Assembly: GCA_963674745.2 (NCBI GenBank)
Contig: CAXXDV010000003.1
Location: 1,664,001 to 1,728,000, forward strand
DNA: 64,000 nt
Reading direction: 5' to 3'
Origin: Desulfosudaceae bacterium
GTDB taxonomy: Bacteria > Desulfobacterota > Desulfobacteria > Desulfobacterales > Desulfosudaceae
Part shown: positions 38,504 to 47,752 of the stretch, one piece after another
Position numbering within the stretch: the stretch's first letter is position 1
Layout: every line of letters begins with the position of its first letter
Program-made: the position numbers and the translations under genes
The notes under the pieces: model-generated
Told to the model about the DNA's origin: nothing
The model's database searches: none
The model's input: only the letters and a program-made list of their open reading frames with translations

Positions 38504-39295
38504 TCACCCTCCCTGGCCGGCGACCTGATTTTCCGCCAAAAGCGCGGCACCCACAGCGCCTGTCAGCTGAGGATCGATTTTCTCCATTTTTTTCAGCGGC
38601 ACCCCGAGTTCCGTCTCGATGGTTTTATATACACCGATATTTTTGGCAACCCCGCCGGTAAAGGTGATGTCCTGTTCTATTCCGATACTTCTGGCCAGGG
38701 CGACCACCCTCCGGGCCATTGATTTATGCAGCCCGCCAAGGATATCATTGATATTTCGGCCTTCATTTAAAATTGATATCACCTCGGTTTCCGCAAAGAT
38801 AACGCACTGACTGGATACGTTTACCGGATCCTCGGCTTTAAGCGACAACTCACCCATCTCTTCCAGCTCGACATTCAGTGCCTCCGCCATGACCTCCAGA
38901 AAACGTCCCGAACCACTGGCGCAAACATCGTTATATACATATTTCTTTATGCTTCCGTCATCGTTTACCTTGATGGCTTTGGCATCCTGCCCTCCGATAT
39001 CAATCACCATATTAACGGACGGTATAATCCATTTGGCTCCTTTGGCATGACAGGCGATTTCAGACTGCACATCATCCGCGAAAGGGATCTTATTTTTCCC
39101 ATACCCTGTGCCCACAGTCCGTTGGACATTGTTTCTGGAAAGCCCGGATTTCTGCAATGCCTTTTCAAACACTTCTTCGGCAATCTTTCCCGGGCCTATC
39201 CCGGTTCTCATGACTTCCGAGGCAAGAATGCGCCCATTTTCCATAATTACCGCTTTTGCTGTTAAAGAGCCGATGTCACAGCCACATACAATCAT
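38504..39295 (-). CDS. Acyl-CoA dehydratase activase / BCR ATPase subunit (ASKHA), copy 2
   Basis: GCDIGSLTAK, TGYG, IDIGGQD, NDVCASGSGRF, SQCVIFAE, TGGVAKN. Confidence 0.92.
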   Translation of the reverse strand: MIVCGCDIGSLTAKAVIMENGRILASEVMRTGIGPGKIAEEVFEKALQKSGLSRNNVQRTVGTGYGKNKIPFADDVQSEIACHAKGAKWIIPSVNMVIDIGGQDAKAIKVNDDGSIKKYVYNDVCASGSGRFLEVMAEALNVELEEMGELSLKAEDPVNVSSQCVIFAETEVISILNEGRNINDILGGLHKSMARRVVALARSIGIEQDITFTGGVAKNIGVYKTIETELGVPLKKMEKIDPQLTGAVGAALLAENQVAGQGG

Positions 39296-39349
39296 TTTCC
39301 ACCTTTGTCTCTGGTTGATCTTTTCAAAACCATCGCCCGGAATAACCGT

Positions 39350-40123
39350 TTATAAACTTTCACGGGCAAAGATAGCGGCCCCCAGGGCGCCGACAATCTG
39401 GGGGTCCACTTTTATTTTCCGAATTCTGATCTTCAGGTTTTTTTCCAGATTTCTTAAAACCCCGTCATTTTTGGCCACGCCGCCTGTCATGCAAACTTCT
39501 TTTTCGACCCCTGCCCTGTTGGCAAGAATAGCGATTCTTCCGGCCATGGCTGAATTAATCGCGGCCACGATATCTTCTACCGGTACTTCCTCGTTGACAA
39601 GGTGAATCACCTCCTGTTGCACCCAGACCGTGCAGGTCGACGAAAAATGAAGCGTTTTACGGGAAGCCTCGGAAAGCGTACCGAAGTCATCCAGGGGCAC
39701 ATTCAACAGTTTACTCATCACTTCGAGAAATCGCCCTGTACCCGCGGCACATTTATCATTGGTCGCAAAATTCAGCAATTCGCCGTTTTCGTCCAGTTTG
39801 GCCACCTTGCAATCCTGACCGCCGATATCAATAACGGTTTTGACTTTCGGCACCAGCCATTGCGCCCCTTTGCCATGACACGCGATTTCCGATATCGATT
39901 CGTTGACAAAGGGGATTTTGTTTCTGCCGTATCCGGTCCCGACACAAAATTTTATGTCGTCAAGGGATATACCGGCTTTTTCTCCGGCCATATCCATGAC
40001 TTTAACGGCCGAATCCTGCGGATTATTCAACACACGCATGACGTGACTGCCGAGGATTTTCTTTTCATTGAGGATAACCGCTTTAGCGGTTAATGAACCG
40101 ATATCACATCCTGCAGTGATCAT
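39350..40123 (-). CDS. Acyl-CoA dehydratase activase / BCR ATPase subunit (ASKHA), copy 1
   Basis: GCDIGSLTAK, TGYGR, IDIGGQD, NDKCAAGTGRF, STCTVW, TGGVAKN. Confidence 0.92.
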   Translation of the reverse strand: MITAGCDIGSLTAKAVILNEKKILGSHVMRVLNNPQDSAVKVMDMAGEKAGISLDDIKFCVGTGYGRNKIPFVNESISEIACHGKGAQWLVPKVKTVIDIGGQDCKVAKLDENGELLNFATNDKCAAGTGRFLEVMSKLLNVPLDDFGTLSEASRKTLHFSSTCTVWVQQEVIHLVNEEVPVEDIVAAINSAMAGRIAILANRAGVEKEVCMTGGVAKNDGVLRNLEKNLKIRIRKIKVDPQIVGALGAAIFARESL

Positions 40124-40153
40124 AATATTGCCTTAACCTGCTACATTGTTGTT

Positions 40154-41554
40154 TTAAAGTATCCCCCGAAGGTGGAAAAATTCCAGCATCCGTTTTTCAC
40201 ACGTTTCCCATGAAGCCACTCTGTCGTCAAAGGCATCAGCTACTAGAATATAGGTGGGGCAGCCGGTTTTCTCCAGATCCGCCGCAAAAGGCTTAACAAC
40301 CGACCAGGTGTTTCGGCAACCGAATGTCCCGACATAGACCACGGCATCGGCTTTATAAAGTTTTGCCGCGGAAAGCGTGTCTTCAAGCCACTGTGTTTTT
40401 TTGTGATAAGGCCCGATAATCTGCTTGACCATGGGCATCCTGGCCAGTTGTCCGGCCAGGCTGTCAATGATGGTTTCTTCACTTTCCGTGTCCATTTTAT
40501 AGGTTTCTTCATCAAACCCCTTGTCATAAGGGCAACCTTCATTCCAGAAAAAGTCAAGGATACTGCCCAGATGGCTAATGTCATGCCGATTGAGAAAATT
40601 CCAGAATTTCAACCCCTGCGAATAATGGTCGATATAACACGGCAAAACCCGGGCGCGCTCTTTTCCGGAGAGCGTTCCGGCGATGCCATTTTTCATATTT
40701 TCCTTTGAGACACGAACGATTTCCTCAAGGATCGGCGTGGCTTCTTCAAAACCGCTGAATGCCAGCTTAACCGCGTACAAGGCGACATTGGCAAAACATG
40801 GTACCGGGTTGGGGACCTGCATGGCCAGCGTCATGATCTCATCTACCAGCGCATCCTGTTTCCGGATCTCCGCCATGACGGACCTTAGATAGTCCCAGTC
40901 CAGCTTCCGGCCGGTCTGCTCTTCCATGAATTCGAGCATATTCCGAAAGTCCCGGTGGTGATATTCCATGGCCCTTTTCCCGGTCAGTTCGGGGGGACAG
41001 TCGTGGGAATAGATGGGGACATCCTTATATGAAGCGTAAAACTGAAACGAATTGGCGTTGGAATCGCAGAACCCGGGGCTGTTGATTAATACAAAGTCCG
41101 GGGTTTCGCCCGCGCCGGCCAGATACGCGCCCATGGCACCTCTCTGGCCGGAACAGGAGGTCTCTGTCATGCCCAGCTCCGTACAATAATCATAAAACTC
41201 GAACACCCCTCTCTTCCAGAGAACGTTTCCAAAGGCGGTCATCAGTTCCATGTTCAGGGGGACACAGTCAAAGGCCCGTAAAACACCCGCCGGATAACAG
41301 AACGTCGTCAATACCAGTTTCTGGCCTCTTTCATGGGCAAGGGTGATATCTTCCATCCATTTCCCCAGCGCTTCAAATAAAAACGTTCCCGTATTACCCA
41401 TATTACCCACAATACCGAACGTGTCTTCCCAGTCAGGCAGCACCTTGAATATCGCTTTTAATTCTTTTTCCGACGCGCCCAGGGCTCTTTTAGAGGTTTT
41501 AAACAACCTTCTTAATGAATCATCATAACCATATTCAAGAAACTCGGCTCTCAT
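40154..41554 (-). CDS. 2-hydroxyacyl-CoA dehydratase / benzoyl-CoA reductase family subunit (HgdA/BcrB-like)
   Basis: CSGQRG, FCDSNAN, EEQTGRKLD, GCRNT cluster cysteines. Confidence 0.85.
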   Translation of the reverse strand: MRAEFLEYGYDDSLRRLFKTSKRALGASEKELKAIFKVLPDWEDTFGIVGNMGNTGTFLFEALGKWMEDITLAHERGQKLVLTTFCYPAGVLRAFDCVPLNMELMTAFGNVLWKRGVFEFYDYCTELGMTETSCSGQRGAMGAYLAGAGETPDFVLINSPGFCDSNANSFQFYASYKDVPIYSHDCPPELTGKRAMEYHHRDFRNMLEFMEEQTGRKLDWDYLRSVMAEIRKQDALVDEIMTLAMQVPNPVPCFANVALYAVKLAFSGFEEATPILEEIVRVSKENMKNGIAGTLSGKERARVLPCYIDHYSQGLKFWNFLNRHDISHLGSILDFFWNEGCPYDKGFDEETYKMDTESEETIIDSLAGQLARMPMVKQIIGPYHKKTQWLEDTLSAAKLYKADAVVYVGTFGCRNTWSVVKPFAADLEKTGCPTYILVADAFDDRVASWETCEKRMLEFFHLRGIL

Positions 41555-42740
41555 CTGTCTCCTCCGTAAAGATTGGGGGCCTGTTATTTTTTGTTCCCGA
41601 CGTCTTGAGCCTTCTTAAAAAGGCATCCGCCCTCATTTTTATCCGACCGGTCTCCAGGTGAGAGCCGTAATCCCTTTCAATGACAAGACAAGGAATACCC
41701 AGGGCCTCAAAGTCTCTTTCCAGAACACCGTTTTCCGAACCATGAAGATCGCAAAACCGGATATGCTGCAGAATGATGCCATCAACCTTTGCCCGCCGGG
41801 CTTTTTCCAGCATATAGGCTTTTCGTTTTTTAAACTGACCGATCATTCTGGGGCACTTGACATCGTCAAGATAACCTTTCGCAAGTGCTTCCACCGGATT
41901 GCCGTCTTCTGAAATATGCTGTTCGAAAAATCTTGAGCCGAAACAGATGGTATCGGCCACGATCACGCAGCCCTCATCTTCCATGGCTTTAACGAACTGG
42001 ATATCATCGTTTGTGCTGCCGACAAGCATGAGGCGTTTGCCCTTTATACCGGAGTTGTTTTTCTCAAGGTCGGCCAGGAGTTCTTCCAGCAATGGGATGC
42101 AATCATCAACCGGCATGCCGCTGCAGGCGGTATGAACGGCAAGGGCCGCTTCACCGGACAGAGAGGGTTGATCCTTTATTCGATATTCATCGAGTTTCTT
42201 AAGGAGACCGCGGACCCGGTTAAACTTGCTAATCGATAACTTCAAGTTTTCATCGGTGACATTTACATTGAAGTGGTTTTCAAGTTTTTCGATGTGAATT
42301 TTCATTTCCTCGACAAACCAGTCAATATTGAAGTCCAGAGATTTATGCGGGATGCCGACCATCTCAAAGAAATCAGGCAGGATACCTTCATAGTCTTCAG
42401 CGGCTTTCCGCCAGCAATCATACAATCGCCGCAACGCATCACATCCGGTTGAGGTGACCAGGCCGTCTAAAAAATCGTACTTTCCTTCGCCGGCCATGTG
42501 AAGCATGCTTTTCGGAAAACTGCAAATAACCGCACCATAGTAAGCATCACCGATGGCTGTTGAACCGGCTTCGTTGGCCCTTAACCTGAACCCCATCATT
42601 CCGGCGGCATGGTAGATCTCGCCCATGGGCAGAAACGAGCAATTATAGCCGATTACCTTTCCGCCGTTTTCTTTAAATTTCCGGACATAACGATTATTGG
42701 CGTTGGTTGCGATATCCTTGAAAATATCGATTGCGTCCAC
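41535..42740 (-). CDS. 2-hydroxyacyl-CoA dehydratase / benzoyl-CoA reductase family subunit (HgdB/BcrC-like)
   Basis: ICSFPKS, GCDALRR, DTICFGSR, CPRM, RFCDLHG, KMRADAF. Confidence 0.88.
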   Translation of the reverse strand: MDAIDIFKDIATNANNRYVRKFKENGGKVIGYNCSFLPMGEIYHAAGMMGFRLRANEAGSTAIGDAYYGAVICSFPKSMLHMAGEGKYDFLDGLVTSTGCDALRRLYDCWRKAAEDYEGILPDFFEMVGIPHKSLDFNIDWFVEEMKIHIEKLENHFNVNVTDENLKLSISKFNRVRGLLKKLDEYRIKDQPSLSGEAALAVHTACSGMPVDDCIPLLEELLADLEKNNSGIKGKRLMLVGSTNDDIQFVKAMEDEGCVIVADTICFGSRFFEQHISEDGNPVEALAKGYLDDVKCPRMIGQFKKRKAYMLEKARRAKVDGIILQHIRFCDLHGSENGVLERDFEALGIPCLVIERDYGSHLETGRIKMRADAFLRRLKTSGTKNNRPPIFTEETDESRVS

Positions 42741-44083
42741 TATTCCCTCCTTACGGTTTTCAAAATATTGGACAGTCTGAGCAGGGCAGATGGTAATTGA
42801 TCCGTATTTTGATTTAAAGATTCCGACAGAAGCTCAACCAACCCGTTAACCAGAGATGGCATCAGTACAGAGACAAACGGATTGATGGCGACAAAAATTT
42901 CTTTTGTCAGCCGGGCAAAAGTGTCTTCAAACGCATCCGTATCAATACCTGAAATGATATTTGAAAGAATTTCTTCTACCAGTCCCGGTTTTGATTTAAG
43001 GACATTGGCCGCAAGAGAAATTGTCAAATCGGCCAGTTCCGATATCTCGTCGGCATCAATATCATTGATGAGACAGGTAATGTTTTCTTGCAGGTCCTGT
43101 TCGGAAAGATTTAATAACAGCTTTATTTTTCTTTTTAATATCCTGACCTGCGAATTGCCGGTCTGCGCTTTTGACACGATTACTTTCCCGATTATTTCAG
43201 GTGATGTTTCAATCCCTTCAAGCATCCCGGCCTGGATAGATTCCTTTAAGCCGGCTCTGGCCGTCATCATTTTAAAATACAGGTCAGGATTTATCCCGGA
43301 AATTGTTTCGGCTGTTTTTACGGATACCGCTTGCTGAAAAAGAGAAACATGCCCGTCACCCTGAAGCAGGCCGCCGGTATTCAGCAATCGCACCAGTTCA
43401 TTTTTCTGATCCAGCAGGGTACCGAGTGCCTTTCCGTCCAACAGGTTAATCAGGCCGGCAATAAAATCGGCCACAAAGTCCGGTGGCAGGTCCTTTTTGT
43501 GATCCAGCACAATATTTAACGCCTCAACCAACAGATTGACCGCTTCAACAATCGAGGGTAAAAGCGCTGCCAGTTTTCCCGTGTGCTGTTCAAGCAGCAT
43601 ATCTGAAAGGGTCCTGGCCAGTAACCGCACGTCATCATGCGATCCGGAAACCATTTCATATAATTCACCAAAATCGATATTTGAGAGAAAATCATCCATA
43701 AACGCGGCGGTATCATCAGCTCGCCGGTCTGCCCGGTGGAATGTTGTTGATTCTGCCGCTTGATTTTTAATCCTCATCTGAACGGTTAAAAACCGGCCCA
43801 GGGCCGATGCCAGGCTGGTATCATCCCGGTCTGAATTGTTGTTGATCGTCTGAAAAATATCGGGCAACAAAGCCAGCAGCTTTTTCGTCAACCATGTTTT
43901 AACTTTACCCTGATGGCCATTGTTCTGAAGCGCTGTCCCGGCGATTAAAAGCGTTCGTCGTTGAATATTTTTATCGGACATTTTCTGCAAAATAATACTG
44001 GTGATCAGTGCGTCGGCTTCAGCCTGCAACCGGTCACTGCCTGAACTGACGGTTGAACCTGAAAATTGCTCTGCCTGCTGCAT
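42740..44083 (-). CDS. Hypothetical all-helical protein
   Basis: 447-aa ORF, ggaggg RBS, stop abuts the next start; recurring xxID/LDxxxL helical motif. Confidence 0.7.
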   Translation of the reverse strand: MQQAEQFSGSTVSSGSDRLQAEADALITSIILQKMSDKNIQRRTLLIAGTALQNNGHQGKVKTWLTKKLLALLPDIFQTINNNSDRDDTSLASALGRFLTVQMRIKNQAAESTTFHRADRRADDTAAFMDDFLSNIDFGELYEMVSGSHDDVRLLARTLSDMLLEQHTGKLAALLPSIVEAVNLLVEALNIVLDHKKDLPPDFVADFIAGLINLLDGKALGTLLDQKNELVRLLNTGGLLQGDGHVSLFQQAVSVKTAETISGINPDLYFKMMTARAGLKESIQAGMLEGIETSPEIIGKVIVSKAQTGNSQVRILKRKIKLLLNLSEQDLQENITCLINDIDADEISELADLTISLAANVLKSKPGLVEEILSNIISGIDTDAFEDTFARLTKEIFVAINPFVSVLMPSLVNGLVELLSESLNQNTDQLPSALLRLSNILKTVRRE

Positions 44084-44136
44084 ACGCTCCCTCCGCTTAT
44101 CTTAGACTCACACACCGTGACTTTTTCAATGCCGGC

Positions 44137-45864
44137 CTAACCCGATTCAGTCGCGGATTGTTCCAACCCCGACCTCAGTTGCCTTTTTAATATCTTACCG
44201 GCCGCGCTTACCGGAATTTCATCAATGATAACAATTTCACGCACTTTTTTGTAGAAAGCGATCTGACGGTTAACATAATCAGCGAGTTCTTCCCCGGAAA
44301 CAGTCTGACTTTCCTGAACCTGAACAAATGCGACCGGAATTTCACCGGCATCCGCATTTTGCTTTCCCAAAACAGCGCATTGAAGAACAGATGGATGCGT
44401 AAGGAGGATTTCTTCCAATTCCCTTGGATAGACATTATATCCCTTGTAAATAATCATGTCTTTTTTCCGGTCCGTGATATAAAAAAAGCCGTTCTCGTCC
44501 TCTTTTGCGATATCCCCCGTGTAAAGCCAGCCGTCTTTGAGTACCTTTCGGGTTTCATCCGGCCGCTGCCAATACCCCTTCATCACTTGAGGACCGCGAA
44601 TACACAGTTCGCCCTCTTCTCCGGGGTCAAGGTCTTCGCCGGTCTCAATACTGACGACCTTGCACTCGGTATCGAATACCGGAAGGCCTACGGATCCCTG
44701 GCACGTTTTTTCCTTGTCCGGCGGATTGGCGGTTGCGCCCATGGAGCACTCGGTCAGACCATACGCTTCTAAGATGACTCCGGAAAATACCTTTTCCATT
44801 TTATCCAGCAGCGATTGTGAAAGCGGGGCCGCGCCGGAGGCGATAAGTTTTACGCCTGAAAGATCATACGTTTCTATGTCAGGCAGATTCATCAAAGGAA
44901 TAAATAATTGAGGAGCGCCGCCCATTTGCGTGACGTTGTATTTAACAATGGCATCCAGGTAGTCCCTGACTTCAAACCTTGGCTGGACAACCATTGTCAT
45001 CCCTGACACAACTGGAGAATTCAAATATCCGATCGTCCCCATGGCATGAAACCATGGGGCAACAACAATACTGGTCTCCTTGTCTTTAACCATGACCCGA
45101 TCCTTTTCGGGATCGACACCCGGGGGGAATATCGATACCATCAAGCCATCTTCTATACCGACATTGGCCCCGACAAACCAGTTCGTAAACTGAAGGACAT
45201 TGGCCACCACATTATGATGCGTAAGCATTACGCCTTTTGACAGGCCGGTCGTCCCACCGGTATAGGCCAGATGAGCGATGTCGTTATGCACATCGATTGT
45301 AAGCCGGTGTTGTATCGGTTCATACCGGCCCAGCAGTTCCGCCATATCCAGCGTACCGGGGACATCTGTTTTTCCAATTGGTTTTAACGGCGCAATCAAG
45401 GGATTAAAACAATCGGCAATGCTGGTCGTAATCACATGGGAAACGACCGTTTCAGGGATTACATGCTCAATCAACGGATACATCAGGTCAAAGGAGATTA
45501 GGATTTTAGCACCTGAATCATTTAACTGATGAAGCGCTTCCCTGGCGCTGAGCAACGGGCTGAGGGGCGTAAATGTCGCGCCTGTCTTCAATATACCGTA
45601 ATAGGCGATGGCAAACTGCGGACAATTGGGCAAATGGATGGCAACCCGATCACCTGTATTTACCCCCAGGTCAAGGAGTGCGGCGGCAAACCTGTCCGCG
45701 AGTTCATTCAGTTCCTGATAGGTCAACTCCATGCCACCGAATATGATGGCCAGCCGGTTGGGAACCCTTTTGGCTGTCTGCTCCAGGAAAGAAAAAACGG
45801 GTAATTCAGGATAATCAATTGATTTCGGCCAGTTTACCGGCCATGACGCATAATTTTTCCCCAC
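44137..45864 (-). CDS. Acyl-CoA synthetase (long-chain fatty acid--CoA ligase family)
   Basis: YTGGTTGLSKG, YGLTE, GWLYTGD, DRKKDMI, AGKILKR. Confidence 0.93.
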   Translation of the reverse strand: MGKNYASWPVNWPKSIDYPELPVFSFLEQTAKRVPNRLAIIFGGMELTYQELNELADRFAAALLDLGVNTGDRVAIHLPNCPQFAIAYYGILKTGATFTPLSPLLSAREALHQLNDSGAKILISFDLMYPLIEHVIPETVVSHVITTSIADCFNPLIAPLKPIGKTDVPGTLDMAELLGRYEPIQHRLTIDVHNDIAHLAYTGGTTGLSKGVMLTHHNVVANVLQFTNWFVGANVGIEDGLMVSIFPPGVDPEKDRVMVKDKETSIVVAPWFHAMGTIGYLNSPVVSGMTMVVQPRFEVRDYLDAIVKYNVTQMGGAPQLFIPLMNLPDIETYDLSGVKLIASGAAPLSQSLLDKMEKVFSGVILEAYGLTECSMGATANPPDKEKTCQGSVGLPVFDTECKVVSIETGEDLDPGEEGELCIRGPQVMKGYWQRPDETRKVLKDGWLYTGDIAKEDENGFFYITDRKKDMIIYKGYNVYPRELEEILLTHPSVLQCAVLGKQNADAGEIPVAFVQVQESQTVSGEELADYVNRQIAFYKKVREIVIIDEIPVSAAGKILKRQLRSGLEQSATESG

Positions 45865-46010
45865 AATAGTGCCTCCTTGAATGATTTTCAGTATATTTGT
45901 TTATCACTCCTCGTCAGTCGAGGCAGTTGATAATCGTCAAAAGGATATGCAGTGGGATAAGTATTTTAATTGATTTCAAATCGTAACATTAGAAATTGGG
46001 TAACCCCCAG

Positions 46011-46031
46011 TTAGTAACCAATGGTTACCAA
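46011..46031. promoter_or_regulatory. Palindromic operator, copy 2
   Basis: TTAGTAACCAATGGTTACCAA, 20/21 identical to copy 1; minus-strand TTGACA (46053-46058), 16-bp spacer, TAAATT. Confidence 0.85.
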
Positions 46032-46151
46032 ATTTACTTTTTTTGATACTTTTGTCAACACTTTTTTAAATAAAAAATGAGGGGGCGTTATTTTTTAACG
46101 AATTTTTGAGGTATAAAAGGATTAAGACTTATTATAAAAAAAGTGCCCTGA

Positions 46152-46934
46152 TTAAACCTGATCAGCGGACTGTTGATGTTTTACCATTTCTTCAAGTTCT
46201 GCTTTGATCTTTTTAAACTCATACCGGATTACGAGTCGCATTTCATCCAGCAGCATCTGCCGGAAGACGTCGGGTTTGAATTCCATCGGGGACTGGCTTT
46301 GGGTTTTGGCCGGGGCCTTTTTTTTGACTTTTGAAGGAACCACTTTCGGGGGCGCTTCGACAACCACCGGCGGCACTTTTTTCAGGGCCTCCTTTTTGAT
46401 GATTTCTTCGACTTTTGGCGCGGTTTTGGCGGGAGCTGCGTCCTCTTTCCGCGAACTGGCCAGCTTTCTTTTCAACGCATTAAACTTATCGATCTGTTTC
46501 TGCAGACTGGTATTTCGTTCGGTTTCAGACATTCCCAGCATGAAAACAATGCGTTCCAGCTCGGCAAAAAACTCCCGTAAAAGCTTTACGGATTCAGGGT
46601 GGGATTTTCCTTTTCGCTTTACGATGTATTTGCCCACTGCTTCCATAAGCTGCAAAAATTTAATGACGGTCTCGTCATCCTGGTAATACTCCTTGAGCGT
46701 ATTCAGTTCGTCATGCAGCATCTTCAAAATCTGGTCGGAAATTTCCCAGTCAATGGACCAGATAATCGTTTTAAGGGTACGCAACGGGGACGTTAGGGAA
46801 ATGTTATTCCCGGATTTATAGGACGTTGCGGGGTTTTCTTCCCACTCGAAATGAACATCCGATGGCAGGTTGCTTTCGGACTCAGGCTGTCCGTCTATTG
46901 GCGTGGTCAAGAGACGCTCTCCTAGAAATGGCAT
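46152..46934 (-). CDS. Hypothetical protein (helical domain, Pro/Lys-rich linker, C-terminal helix)
   Basis: 260-aa ORF starting 14 bp after the roadblock gene; SPLRTLKTIIWSIDWEISD core. Confidence 0.65.
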   Translation of the reverse strand: MPFLGERLLTTPIDGQPESESNLPSDVHFEWEENPATSYKSGNNISLTSPLRTLKTIIWSIDWEISDQILKMLHDELNTLKEYYQDDETVIKFLQLMEAVGKYIVKRKGKSHPESVKLLREFFAELERIVFMLGMSETERNTSLQKQIDKFNALKRKLASSRKEDAAPAKTAPKVEEIIKKEALKKVPPVVVEAPPKVVPSKVKKKAPAKTQSQSPMEFKPDVFRQMLLDEMRLVIRYEFKKIKAELEEMVKHQQSADQV

Positions 46935-46948
46935 TTCAACGGGCGTTA

Positions 46949-47347
46949 TTACTTAATCGCCAGAACTTTCTTGATTTTATTAATTGTTTCACTCACGTTC
47001 AGACGTAACAATCCTAAAGAAATATCTTCACCGAAAATTGTTACCAGCAGAAAATCATTACCAACCCGGCTGAAATGGATGTTTTCTTTGTCGCCTTTGT
47101 GAAACATCAGGGGAAAATCCTTCTCGCCAACGACGGTTGCCATGGCTTTGACAGCCGCAAAATTACCCGCTGCAAGAGCGGCCAGCGCGTGGACGTCAAA
47201 ACTGTTGTTGCCATAGTCACAACGGGCAATGATATGCCCTGACATGTCAATCAGCAGAACCATGTGGACATCGAATTTCTCCAGATCTTTCTGAAGAATA
47301 TCGCTGATCAGGTCCAGCTGTTTCTGGTGAAAAGAAATAACTGTCAT
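46949..47347 (-). CDS. Roadblock/LC7 domain protein (MglB-like)
   Basis: LLIDMSGHII, LAALAAGNFAA, GEKDF..MFHKG, SLGLLRL. Confidence 0.85.
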   Translation of the reverse strand: MTVISFHQKQLDLISDILQKDLEKFDVHMVLLIDMSGHIIARCDYGNNSFDVHALAALAAGNFAAVKAMATVVGEKDFPLMFHKGDKENIHFSRVGNDFLLVTIFGEDISLGLLRLNVSETINKIKKVLAIK

Positions 47348-47752
47348 AAACCAAATCCTTTATCGCACAGTAATGCACGACAAAAACAAGGCAAAACGTA
47401 CTTTTTATCCGCGATGACGGGTTTAACTGATATTTATTTTGATTTTAAATTGTTAACCGATTTTATGCTGACCTGTCAACTGTTTTGTGAGCCATTCTTT
47501 TTTTATCCCCCAAAATATGGTTAAAAACCTGTATTGAGATGGTAATTGTTCTTTGCGGTGTATTTTGCTGCATCTTGAAGTTGTTGTGAAATACCCGGCA
47601 AAAAGGCCATCAGAACATGACAGATGTAAAAATATTGACACATGCGCCTTCCTGGCGATAAATAGTAAAACATTTCCTGCCATCAACTAAAGTACAGCTT
47701 AAAAGATCGATGGAAACTTAATTTTAACTGTCATTAATAATAGGAGTAACTG

